A stretch of DNA of 63,874 nt, filler included, from Basidiobolus ranarum (Eukaryota): NCBI GenBank assembly GCA_040143965.1. It is 3 parts of 3 records of this genome, joined end to end, with 100 filler letters (N's around TTAATTAATTAA, not from the genome) between each part and the next. Parts side by side here need not be neighbours in the genome. Positions count along the whole stretch, not along the records: positions 21,400 to 42,588 come from JASJQH010007086.1; positions 42,689 to 63,874 come from JASJQH010007087.1; 1 more part is not named here. The stretch is one strand, 5' to 3'. The position numbers were made by a program, and so were the translations under genes. The notes beneath the pieces are model-generated. The model did no database searches. It saw only the letters and a program-made list of their open reading frames with translations, and was not told where the DNA came from. Positions 37,781-52,218 of this stretch are shown here, one piece after another. Within the stretch, counting starts at the first letter, position 1. The number at the start of each line of letters is the position of its first letter.

Positions 37781-39529
37781 AACTTTCATCATCTTTTGAA
37801 TGTGCAATAATGTTTAAAAGTACTTTTCTTAAATATGCCACATAAGTAAAATAAACTGTTTCCAAAATGGTAAGTAACATTGTGCTGGATAGTGCCCAAT
37901 CATGCCAATTTGTGCTGGCACAATTTTTAGCTGGCCTGATCTGGCTCAATAAAATGGAACAGGTCTATTCTAACTTCAGGTCTATTATCTATCAAAAAGT
38001 TTGGCCATTTCACATGTCTGCATCTAAATCTTCATTCCAGTATATAGGTTTTGACTGCAAGTCCATTACTCTCAAGGTAAAGATATAACTGTTTTGAACT
38101 TGTGAATACTTGGGCATGAGTTAGAATCTTGAATCACAGACTTTAAATCCATTGCATTGAACATCACTTACCAATAGTTTAATAGGCAATAAGATTAATG
38201 GTTGATTTGGATAATAACAATCATGCCTCTAATAATGGATTAGGGTAGGTGAATCGTGGTATTGGAATAATAGTGCAGTAATGGAATTTTAATGTGGAAA
38301 GAAATGTTTCCTTTAAAAGGTGTGAGAAACTCTATATATACTAAAATTCACACTTCAGATGAGCAGATGGGCTGATGAGCAGATGACTCATCATCTGATC
38401 ACCAGTTCATAAAGCGCAAAACAACTGTGGCTGAGACTTGAAATAATTACTCATCACTGCTTAAGACATATGTTGTAATCATACCTAAGTATAGGACCAG
38501 TTAAGATCTTGGTGATTGGCTGATCCTTTTAATATGCTGCAAAGAGCTTTAATACTGACAAAAATAGCAGTCTCATTAACTACCTAAGTATATTCCAATA
38601 TATAAAGCATGAACCCTCAAGACTATTTAAGGAGGATGTATTCCTGTGGTGAAAAGTTAGTTGAGCTGATCTCATCACCATAACTATTAATTAGCACAGT
38701 TAATACTCATGCAGAATGCACAAACTCAGTACATTCTAATCAGCATACAAATTGACTAACTACAACACCTAAGAATTTTGAAACTTGATATTGATTTCAA
38801 GCATCTTATATACCAATTGTTTTTGTCAGCATACAATGAATAACTCTCAAGCAACTCTCCTCCAAGTGTAACCATAACATAACTAAAAATAGCATCTGCT
38901 GCTATGGTTTTGGTTTAATCAGCCAAGTACATGTTTGATAAAAAGTATGCATTTGAGAAAAGTAATACAATACCTAAACTTTACCACCAATTTGGTGAAT
39001 GCATTGACAAGTTATTTGTTAATATTGTCAACAAAGCAAAATCGTTCAAGTTCTGGTTTACTACTAATAATTGGAGTTTCACCCCTTGCCCATAGTAATG
39101 TAAAAGCTATACATAGAGGACTTATTAAGAACTAATTAGCAACTGCTGCTTTCTTTATGTTGCTTATACAACTATTGATAATATATTTGTATTAACTTCC
39201 CTAATGGCTGATGAACCAAATTTTTTATTGAGATGAATAACCATATTAGATTCACAAACTGCTTATTGAAAGGAAAGCCCTATTATACTTTCACATATCT
39301 CAAGACATTTGAGTCTCTGCTTTTAAAAATTGCCATAATCATTGTTTCTTGGCTTCATACCCATGGCTCATCCTGCTCTATTTTTAGCTAGTCAGATACC
39401 TATATTTACTTAGCATCATATCAATCTTGCTTCACAGTAGTACTTTTCATACTCAAAAGATTCTCTAGCAAATATTTCTTAAATCATTCTTTGTTATCAT
39501 TGTACCTCTTAACACTTATCAGTGATATT

Positions 39530-41470
39530 GAGAAAATTTTAAATGCTCCTTTGGGTATCTCCTGCATACTTGTTTTCCTAACACCATACCTTCTGTTATT
39601 TTCCAGCAGTCTTTTAGCTGCTTAAACTCTCTCTTTGGTGCCTCCCATACCATTCAATACCTAGTATACTATCTTCTGTTCAATGCCAGCCAGTGTTATC
39701 ACTGCCTAGAATATACTTTTGGTGGCCCCAAACCCATATACTTTTTACATCATATATATTATAGTTTGCAAGCAGTTCTTACGACTGCATTATCTCTGCT
39801 TTGAGTTCTCGCCAAACAGCTCCTTATTTTTTTACATTCCTTAAATCATTTGATGATCTTCTTTAGCACTGCATAGCAACTCATTTATATTCATGTTTTA
39901 GCACTGGAACTTTAGTCATTTCTATGACATTGTTGGCACTACATAGCCTCTCCTTTTTGTTCTTACCATGCCACCAGTGTCTCAGCACCATATTTTTGGT
40001 TGTTTAACAGTGCTATTAAGCACTATGTAGCCTCTGTTTGTAGTATTCATCATACCACTTGTTTGTGGGCACCATGCCTGGAGTTGTGTGTCTGCATTCT
40101 TTAGTATTGTGTAGCCTCCACTATTAGGCCTTCCCATATTACAAGATTCTTTACTTCATACCTTTTGTTGCTTGTCAGCAGTCTTAGCACTGCATAGCCT
40201 CTTCTATTAGTACCTTGCATATCACCCATAGTGTTTCTAAGCATTTTTACTTGGGTCATTTATAAGGGCTCTTTGGCAATATTCCTGGCTTTTGGTGTTT
40301 CCAATACTGCTTGTTTTTTGTTACCATACCTTTTGCTATTTGATGGTATTCTTGGGCAAATGTATCACCTCTGCTTTGGTAATTCACACAATAATCACAA
40401 TTTTGCACTTTATCTTTGATATTTAATAGTTTACTTTAGCATTGCATAATCTCTCCTTTTAGTATATTCCATAATGCACATTACTTGGCAACATACCTCA
40501 GGTACTTGATGGTGTTATGTAGCAATGTATAAACTCTCCTTTTAGTATTTTCCTTACCACTTACGTCTTTTAACCATGCCTTCTGCAATTAATCAGATTT
40601 GTTAACACTATATAGACTCCCCTTAAAGCACTTAGCATGTTCATTGTTGTTTGGCACCATTCACTTTGCTGCTTCTCCATGGCCATTAGCAGTGTTTAAC
40701 TTCTGATTTCAGTGCTTTCTATATCAGTTGTTGCTGTTAACAGCTACCTTTTGTTATTAGTTGACTCTCTTAATCACTGCTTAGACAATGTTTTAAGTGG
40801 ATTTGTATCAATTTTCCCATGTCCCCATGCCATTTGTCATTGGACTGCAGTCTTTAGCACTTCAAGGACTCTTGTTTGCATCTTTTACCCACCTGATCTC
40901 TGTTTTTGCCAAACCCTTCATTATTTTCCAGTATATACCTAAACAGCACAGACTATGTTTAAGTTTTCTCATACTGCCAATTTCCTAGCACTGTACTATT
41001 CAAGGCTGGTTATTCATCTTTTGCACTGCATTGACTTTGCTTTAAGATCTTCCCATACTCATTGTTACTTGGCCCCATTTGTATTCTCACTGCCGGGTAG
41101 CTTTTTACACTACTTGAATTCCCATTTAGTATTGCTAATATCTATTATTACCTAGCAACATAATTTTAATCATTTGTTGGCTATCTATTTGGCTTTAGAG
41201 ACTCTACTTCAAGTGGTTCCATCCACATTTTGTCTCAACACAATATGATTAGTCTTTTGCCAGCAGCAAGGTCTCTGTTTAGTATGTCTTATTCTACTCC
41301 TTTCTTGGTACTTAATCCTTATGATCAGTCTTTGGTACATCTTGAGCTCTACTTTAAGTGTAGAGCATACCAGATACTTGGTATCACACCTGGTTTTTAT
41401 GACTGCAGTCTTCAGCACTGCAAAGATCGCCCTTGGGTGTTTTCCTTACCCATGGTTTCTCAACACCATG
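39530..41470 (-). repeat. Decayed array of about 84-bp units (about 20 copies), possibly former 28-aa coding repeats; related units at about 33250-33550
   Basis: Variants of TTAGCACTGCATAGCCTCT recur near 39934, 40017, 40101, 40185, 40436, 40517, 40601, 40686, 40854, 41020 and 41411. Confidence 0.7.
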
Positions 41471-41848
41471 CACAAAGTTGCTTGTAAATGAACATATCAG
41501 CCATAAGTAGTCAACAATGTAAGAGTCAGCATGATTGCCATATCCTTATTGCAGTCTTTGAAGCCATCCACAATGGTTGTTGATCTGTTTGTGACAAAGA
41601 TTATTGGCTGCAAAATTCATAAACAAAATGCACACTCACTCTTAACCATTGGCTAAGGTAGCAACAATCCTAGACTTGATGAAATGGAATGGGCATTTTG
41701 AGCAACATATTTAATTAATTTCAACTTGTTGAGTCTTCTTTAAAATTTTTGATTTAAGCAATCTGCTACTAACATCAGCATGATTTGGTATTTCTGTATG
41801 CTATCACATATATATAAATTATGCTTAAATATCTGAACTTTCATCATT

Positions 41849-42588
41849 AGACTTGTTCCATTGGACCAGGTCAGATTGTGCTGCTCAATCCAGCCTGCTA
41901 GTACACCATCTGGCGCGATCTGTCAATTACCATGGCTGGGTCCTATAACACTTGATCAGACACTATAAGGAACAATATGGCACTATCCCACCACAATCAA
42001 ACACGATGATTTTTTTGGAGATATCGTGCCAGCCCATACCAAGTTACCCAATTTAGTATTGCCAAATTACAATTTGGGTAACTGACAAAGTAAGTTCATC
42101 CCCTAGTTTGTAACTTACAAATTACTGAATGTGTAACAATAAACAATTTATACTGTAACTTACCCAATCAAATGTATAACCGAGACATTCACATGTTTTT
42201 AGGCCAATCATTTGTCCCTCACTAACACAGTATCCTGATTTTCAATTGGGCACAACAGCTCCTGCATTACGAAACACCAGTAGATTTGGCACACTGGTGA
42301 CAAATCCCAGCACTCAATGATGGATAAATCTGCAGTATGATAGTAGTGATCAGGATCGCTTGATTCATCATTTTTAGATCAGCAAATTATTTATTCAATC
42401 ATGTAAGCTTCTAATTGGGTGAAAATGTGAACGGATTGAGCCATATTGAGCCAATACGGCTGCTCAAGCTTTTTATTGACAGACATTTTTCATTTGATTG
42501 TAGTGAAATCGCTTGTATTAATAGGCTATCATTGATTTTTTTGATATATGACGATTTCACGCTATCAGTGTTTCATAAACACATAGGC
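41849..42588 (+). mobile_element. Second copy of the Pangu-like element, left arm, cut by the gap
   Basis: Closely similar to 33562-34298; again preceded by ATT (41846-41848); retains more CpGs. Confidence 0.93.
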
Positions 42589-42688
42589 NNNNNNNNNNNN
42601 NNNNNNNNNNNNNNNNNNNNNNNNNNNNNNNNTTAATTAATTAANNNNNNNNNNNNNNNNNNNNNNNNNNNNNNNNNNNNNNNNNNNN
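42589..42688. other. Assembly gap/spacer (N44-TTAATTAATTAA-N44)
   Basis: Same construct as at 21300. Confidence 0.97.
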
Positions 42689-44340
42689 ATGGTTTCCAAA
42701 TTTTCACCAAGATATAATTCGTATCCATGATGTTCCAATATAAGACTTAACATTATTAAACCTGAACCCTGAACCTCGTCTACAAAAACAAACGCCGGGA
42801 TGTACTGATCAGCTAGTGCCAAATGGAGATTCCAACCTAGCCTTTCAACGATGAAATCTTATGACACTGAATCGTTTTAGTTACGCTGACGCTGTGCTGG
42901 CAATCACTGGATCCAATGTAATCCTTCTTTTCAGGTATTTGCGCTAATATATTTATACAGGGCCACTGCAAGATCAACGAAGATCACCTCAAAGTTGCGC
43001 TTGCTGATTCGATCTTTCTGGAGGGATTATTAATGAATGATTGCTGTGAAACCTCTCTCGACTCGGAATATTCTGCGGAGTATTGGAAATCTTTGTAGGT
43101 TGGGTTTCATTCCTACTTGGAGAGGGCCAACAAGCTCTGACGTCATGGCTCGATCTCTGTGTGTAGTAAACGTATTTATTTGGGGAAGGTTAGTGTTGAC
43201 ATGGCCTCACTAGTTGGCGCAGTACCGTAAGTTTCTTGGCTCAAGTTCAACGGAGCTTGCGGCACAATCATATTGATGGGTTCGAGTACTCAGGCCCACA
43301 CTTGGCCCTTTTACGCAGCTAGAATATCCAAGAATGGCAACATGCTTTGCTTTGATCGGTGTTTATTAATCGCTGATTGTGGGTCAAGTAGTCAACCAAT
43401 ACGTCCCTGCCCAATCACCATGAATGTTGTTAATGGATTAGCCATTTATGTCAGGTACTTCCCGTCACTAATTTAGGGCCAATTTAGAAATAGGCATTAA
43501 ATAGAATCCTAGAGCTTGGGCGATGCAATCACGTAAACAGTAGTATAGTAAAGGATACGAATCTGGAAAATCGCATGAATTTCTAGAAACGAACGGTGTA
43601 GGCGAAGACAGTCAATCAGCGAATCAGTAGCTAAAAGGTTATAGTTACTGTGCCTGTATAGCTATTGTTCTGCTACCTCTCATCCTTACGCTTGCATATC
43701 GATTGTAATTGACATGAATGGCGTGGCTGACCATGCCAATCAAGTAAGATGGGCTTGTGTATTGGTTACTATTGGAGTTATATTTAATTTCGTGTCACTT
43801 TAATAGGTTGCCGTTGTGGGTAAGTGTACTGGATCCGGCTCTGACCACAGTGGGCTTGTTTAGAACTACAACCAGATCTTAATTTAGAATCACATTCTAA
43901 CTTTAAGCTGGTTTGCCGTTCACTCGCCTCACCTCCCCTCCCCTTCTCAAGCTCGAAGTTCTCTCTTTCTCCAGTGGGAATTTCGAATCAACCTTCTTTA
44001 TCTTTGTGTATCCTGCTCTCCTACTTTTATTTTTGCGCCTTTTAATTTCCTTGATACCTTTAACTAAACCTTTCACATTTTCCCAAAGATACAGTTGACG
44101 TCACTTAATTTTGAACCTCACCTGTTGCTCAGTCGACGTTTTTAAACCTTCGTTTTTGATATTTCTATTAACCGAGCTTTGTGTGCCTCACGTCTCTCTT
44201 TCTCTAAAACACTAACCCCTAATTGTTCACTTTCTTATTTACTACTAAAAATACTTTTCGAGTCTTTCATTTCACAAAAACCAGCATATCAACTTCAATT
44301 CACAATATCGTTCTCTCCTCAGTTGCTTCTCTTCAACCCT

Positions 44341-46342
<2,002 letters not shown>

Positions 46343-47855
46343 AGGGTGGATCTCTCTTGATAATCACCTTCAATCGGCATTTTACCCTCACTGTACTTGT
46401 TGGTCTGTATTATTTTAATCTACTCTCTCCCTTCCCTCCCATCAAATCCATGGGTTGGAAATCTCCGAAAACTTGCACTCTCGCTTCCCCTACACCTTAG
46501 TATTATGGTCTCTCTGGTCGTATTTCCATACACTCTCTTAATATTTGCCAGTGAGAAAGAAACCACTAGTTTAACCTCTATAATTTTGTCCTATCTACGA
46601 CTTTCCCATCCATCTTAACCACATTTTCTACATTAAACCTAACGAAAAATATTCCATCTGAAATGAATGCATGAATAGTGAAAGATACAATGGAGATATA
46701 GTCACACCAGATTCACACAGCATTGGAACACATCTCAACTCTTGATCACGGTACATCTCAAGGAGGTGCTGTATCCAAATCCCGCATCTAACCATCTGGT
46801 TTCACTCTAGAACCTTGATAGTACTCCAGATCTCTCGATGGTTGTAGAGGGTACAACAGAAGGGATTCGATGGAACGCTCACCTCTACCGTCACTCATTA
46901 ATATTTACTTTAATCGCATTAAAGCTACACCATATTGGGGGGGGAAGATGTAAATAGAAATGAAGTTGGTGACGTTTTTCACTATCCATTGGTTTAGCCA
47001 CTTGGTCTATGTTGATAATTTGTTCCCATAATGATCCATGAATATTGATAAATATTCACCCACACCAAAAATGGTATCCCCTTGATTTGAACCGTTCACT
47101 GGTGTACGGTCTTAAAGGATACTTTAAATTGGACCACTCGTGGTAGGATATGAAATGTTTGGGACTCAATCACAACTCGGGCTAGTTTCAAGTGTCGGTA
47201 TCTGGAGAGGTATCCCAATGTCTTCACCCCAATTCTAACTTTAGATCTAGTACCCTGACAATAGCTGTTTCAACTGGTCATACTCGGGTTGTGTCAGTGT
47301 GAAGGATGTAAAACTAACTAAAATTTAGAGTCACATTAGTATTTATACTTAAGCTTACTTCACGTCATCCATCCTATATCTACTCTTTAGAAATCAAATC
47401 GTACTAAATTTTAAACATGGGGAATATGTGTCTCTCTCACACAGTACAATCCTATCAATAGGTGTAACAGTGATACTCTTTCAATGGGCCCAACTGATTC
47501 TTATCGAGATGGATTATTTTAGTGGGTCAGGAATAGGAGAGTAATTCAACCAATTATGGACGCCTCATCCATTCTGTAGTACGGATACACAAAGCTACCC
47601 AAATAAAAGTAAAAACCCAAATGTTACAACTAATTCGGTTTGGCTCATATGGAATGTAAATTATCCACAACGATGAGGAATACTAATTATTGAACTTCCT
47701 CAGCTCTGTATATTACATGGACACTGATTAGTAGGTGAATATCCTATTTCCAAACTACAATATAGTAATACAACTATATGGATGAAATAAAAGGAGCCAA
47801 GGCCAAATAGACTATTGTACAGCACTTCGATTCAACACAAACAGGCGAAACTATC

Positions 47856-48150
47856 TGTTGGAAGTGGTGTGGAGAACTAGAAGAATTGGCTGTTTTCACT
47901 TATTGATTAATTGAGTAGGAAGTAGACACTTGTAGTTTTATCAAGAGACAAGCAAGCAGACATGTAGAATTTGTTAGGGATAGTACCAGGAACATGTGTA
48001 CAAAGTTTGGGGCCTCTGGGATAAGTTTAAAAAAATCTATATATCTTGATAACTCTTGAGAATAGTGGGTATATCTTAGTGAAATATGGAGTAACTAAAT
48101 ACTAAGCTATATATGCCTATTTAGATGCTTAGGCTATGCTAGTTGCAACA
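47856..48150 (-). mobile_element. Solo LTR, family B, short variant
   Basis: TGTTG...CAACA ends; near-TSD CTATC/CTAGC; reverse-complement homology to 48573-48900. Confidence 0.8.
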
Positions 48151-48572
48151 CTAGCTGTATGTATTAGAATATCAATTTGGTAGTTATCTTGCCTTGTTGA
48201 GGCAGTTAGTAATATTCCTATTACCTGCAGAACACTAACGCAGCTAGCTATTCTATGACATCACTAAGCTTTCTGTAGGAAATTGGCTAAATGAAAAAAT
48301 GATTTTATTGATTATTGATGCATATATTGAGGTGGTTGAGTGTAGTAATCCTGGTAAATTGAATTCACACAAGAAGTCATACCATAGGTGAATAGATTGA
48401 GGTGAATAAGAAGAGCTTGACATATATTGATGGTAGGTTGCTATGGGTTGATTTTGAATGCTATCTTAAGCATTAGCATCAGAGTATAACCAAAAATCCA
48501 TCTCTTCTGACCTGTCCAAGATAAATCTAGTATTTTAATCATCAGTATGCTTGTAGAATTCCATGTAATAGT

Positions 48573-48921
48573 TGTCGAAATTAGCATTCCCTAAGCACCA
48601 ATATAGTCCTATATAGCTTAGTATTTCGTTATCTTATATTTCACCAAGATATTACCCATTATTCTTATGAGGAATTTACTTAGAATATTGACACCTACTT
48701 AAAGTTCTCAGGTGTATAGATTTTTTAAACTTGTGCTAGAAGCCCCAAACTTTGCACACATATTTCTGAGACCTTCCTTAACGCATTCTACATGTTAGTT
48801 TGTTTACATCTTGACAAAACTATAAATATCAACTTTCTACTTAATAAGTTAATATGTGAAAACCACCAACTTCTCTATTTTCCCCAAACCACTTCCAACA
48901 GGCTCGCAAAATACTTTAACA
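48573..48921 (+). mobile_element. Solo LTR, family B
   Basis: TGTCGAAA...TTTAACA with exact TSD ATAGT (48568-48572 and 48922-48926). Confidence 0.92.
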
Positions 48922-49531
48922 ATAGTAAGTTCATATTCTACTATGATTCCGTAGTTAAAGCACATGTTAAGCATCAATACTGAAATGTCAAACAAATAAT
49001 CCAGACAGGTTGTATTTAATAGCACTCGTTCCGTCTAGCCTGAGTTATCGGTGCAGATAGAGCAAAATCACTTATATTATGATATTACACACCCAATAAA
49101 ACGGAACAACCAGTTGCACAAAATGAATGAGTTGAATTTTGGATTAACTAATGTCAACATCATCATTGAATGATATTCGCATGTGCAAGAACCGCACCTC
49201 ACCATCTCTCTATGGCACTTACTCACTATTACAATAATACTCGAATGAATTCTTAAAACATCATAGTCGGGAATGTTGAGCCAGTATAGTGAGCCAGTTC
49301 TTCTATTAGGAAGATATAGTTCACGATGGTTTAGGCTCTTCACAAGGTCTAAAATGGGAAAGTGCAAGGTCATCCAAAAGAGAGCATACTTTTATTCAAA
49401 TAAAATCGAATTAACCAAAGTAATAAGATGAATTTGAATGGACCTTGTCAATATCTAGGAAAGTGATTCAAATGGAAAAGATTTAACCCGATATTTCTTC
49501 ATCCCCTTCTTCATATTACGTTAGGTAATAC

Positions 49532-49948
49532 TTAATGGGCACGACGAGATTCAGCGATGACGTTGGACATCTCCTCAACCTTGGCCTTAGCACGGATGAA
49601 TGTACCGAGTCTCTTCTTGGCGAGCTTACGAGCACGCTTATCTTTAGAGTTCTTCAACAATTCAAGAATACGACGTTCATAAGGAGCGAAACCAGCTACT
49701 TCGCGGACAATCTCACGAACGAACTTGACACGGTTGGAGGCAACCTAAATTGAAACAAAACCATTCCCTCGATTATTACCAAAATTCATAGTGACCATCC
49801 GATGGAATCCAATAAATTTCTTGGATCCATCCATTAGATTTCTACTTACACCTTTCTTGTGGGAAGGCTTGACCTTCAATTCACGACGAGTGGTGATATG
49901 TCCCTTGTTGGCACCTGCAATAATACCCGATCTAGGAGCGACGGCCAT
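49532..49948 (-). CDS. RPL36: 60S ribosomal protein L36 (eL36), two exons (49948-49850 and 49744-49532)
   Basis: [17 protein letters not shown]...KKG | [62 protein letters not shown]...TAG intron. Confidence 0.97.
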
Positions 49949-50759
49949 CTTTGAAAATGAACAAAAATGAAAGAAACGAGAGAAAGAGATATTTTCAATC
50001 GCACTCGACTCATAATACCGTGACCTACATGGTCCCGGGACCTGTCACGTGAATCGAAAGGGAATTCTAAATTCACCATCTCAGTTGATTACATTCGTGA
50101 TTAAGCTGGGGATATTTTCAGAACGATACCCTATTAATAGCTAACCTTGACCAATGGCACTTCCCGAAGCCCCACACCCGAAAATAGAATATTTTAAGGA
50201 ATATGAATTGATGGCTCATCTTGTTGCTCAACTCATATGGCAAGAAATGGCGGGAATCAAGGCAAGTCCTATGCTGCATCCAATCAACACCACTGAATAT
50301 CGATCCCTGTAGATGGATGGGTGTGGAATTGGCTCAATAGAGTGGGGATTCATTTAACACTTTAATCAGCATGTACTAATCTAGAAAGAGGACTCGGTCA
50401 CGGAATCTACGAAGAGGATGATTAGTTCACATGTATGAAATATACAGGTCTTTTATTCGATTCAGGTCAGCATTATTGGTGTGAATGGATAGAGTACATT
50501 TGATGTTATAGATTAGCATAACCATAATTTCGGAATGGTGGACTGGAATCAGGTTAATAATGATTGGGAAGTTGCTCAAGGTCTACGAGAGATGTGGGTG
50601 ATTGGGCAGTTGATTATTACAGTGAAAATACCCTTGGATTATGTGGAAAAATTGAGAAGTGGGCAAATAAATTATGTGGATAAGGACTTTACACTTACAA
50701 AGTGTAGAACAAAATCAAAATGGGTGTGCAGGTGTGAGGGTGGGACTGAAGATGGGGCT

Positions 50760-52218
50760 TTAGATCGGAATTGGTCCGACAATTTGAGTTAGTCCCGAGC
50801 TCTGTTTAACTTTGGTATCGAAGGTCTCTGCTTTGATAATATTCATGGATACAAGATCCAAGTAGGAGACCAGGTTATGGGCAGTCACCTCGTCGCCATT
50901 GTCGGGAAGAGGGATAGGACTAGCTTTGTCCTGCACCTCTACACTCCACTGAATATATTCTTGCCATTGTCCGCTTTCGAACTTCTCCCGTGGCATTTCT
51001 AAGCACCTTCCATGCTTCTTCATCATCTTCAACAATCCAGGCTCTTCAATGAATTGCGGTCTACTGACGTAAAGGAAAGGCTTCTTATGTGCGATGCATT
51101 CAGAACAAGTACCATAGCCCTAAATCATTTCGATAGAAAACACCGTTAGTACTAATAGATCGAAGGTATACAGGAACAGAATCACTTACCAATTTACCCA
51201 ACACTGCATCTGCTGCATCAGTAAGGTCAGGGACAAAAGAATTTGTACCGGCATCGTAGAAATTAGCTGGTAATGAGTTTGGAGGTAACCTCAGACCACA
51301 GACAATGCCAATCCAGCCATCAGGTAAAGAGTCCTTCAGCGCTTCTTTCTCCATGTTCTGACCACCAAATGACACTAACAGTACTTTTTTGGTGCGAATC
51401 AAACTATCGGGTATCCCTAAACCAGACAGCACTTCATGACGTGGAGTGACTGCCTTTCGAACTACCAATGGTACATCCACTATTACGTTGGGTCGGCTCA
51501 ACCCATTGTCGATGAATCGCCAATTTCCGTCGAACGATGGGATGGGAATATGTCCGGGCAGACGGAATAGTACATCAGCTTTCTTGTAATCCTCTACTGC
51601 TATCCGAACCAGCTCTCCAATGGTTTGATCCAACTCATCCCCTTCGCGCAACCACTCATATACCATATCGAAAGTGAAGTTACTAATGATACATGTGGGG
51701 ATATTTAAGGTAGATGCAGCGGCACTAGAATTCATACATATTAGCTTTATCCTCATTTCAATACGAGTGAGAATAGGCTTACCATGGAATAAATGGAGCG
51801 TCCACTAGGACACATTGAGCACCTACCGATTTCAACCAAATGGCTTCTGATTCGATGATACTCTCTCTCGAGTCGATTAGAGATTTGAGATCCTCAATGG
51901 TTTTTTGACGGTCAACAACGTAAGGCAATGGCTGGGCAACAGTAGAATCTATAAGTGCGTTACGATAAACACACCGTGTGGGGGCTAACTGTATAGTCGA
52001 CTCAAAGATGAATCTCGGTGCATGTGAAATAATGTAGACTTTGTGATTACGAGGGGACGAAAGTAATCGAGATATTATTTGGCAAACTCGAGTTGCATGA
52101 CCATAACCTGAAGAAAGTCGGTTAGGGAAAAGTGGAGAAAGGTGACAGCTAGACTTGACTTACCATGACCGGAGACGTAGTAGCAGAATGTGTATGAGTA
52201 AGGTTTAGTGTTAGTCAT
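50760..52218 (-). CDS. Glycosyltransferase-fold protein homologous to the N-terminal domain of plant L-arabinokinase, multi-exon
   Basis: FCYYVSGHGYGHATRV, DAPFIP, ISNFTFD.VY, RLPG..PIPSF, VLLVSFGGQ, VPDL..AADAVLGK.GYGTCSEC, YVSRPQFIEEPGL; no GHMP kinase domain follows. Confidence 0.85.

Larger units (their letters stand above)
33562..37966 (+). mobile_element. Complete 4.4-kb PHIS-group (PIF/Harbinger-related, Pangu-like) DNA transposon
   Basis: 14-bp TIRs AGACCTGTTCCATT / AATGGAACAGGTCT; 3-bp TSD ATT (33559-33561 and 37967-37969); DDE transposase plus a divergent second ORF. Confidence 0.9.

Noticed and set aside
38356-38400. Short CAGATGAG-type repeats
   Set aside because: Only a few degenerate copies and no context suggesting function.
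42689-43100. Possible terminal exon(s) of a gene cut by the gap (ICANIFIQGHCKINEDHLK...)
   Set aside because: No recognisable homology or consistent splice model.
49535-49753. 72-aa plus-strand ORF
   Set aside because: Antisense shadow of RPL36 exon 2.
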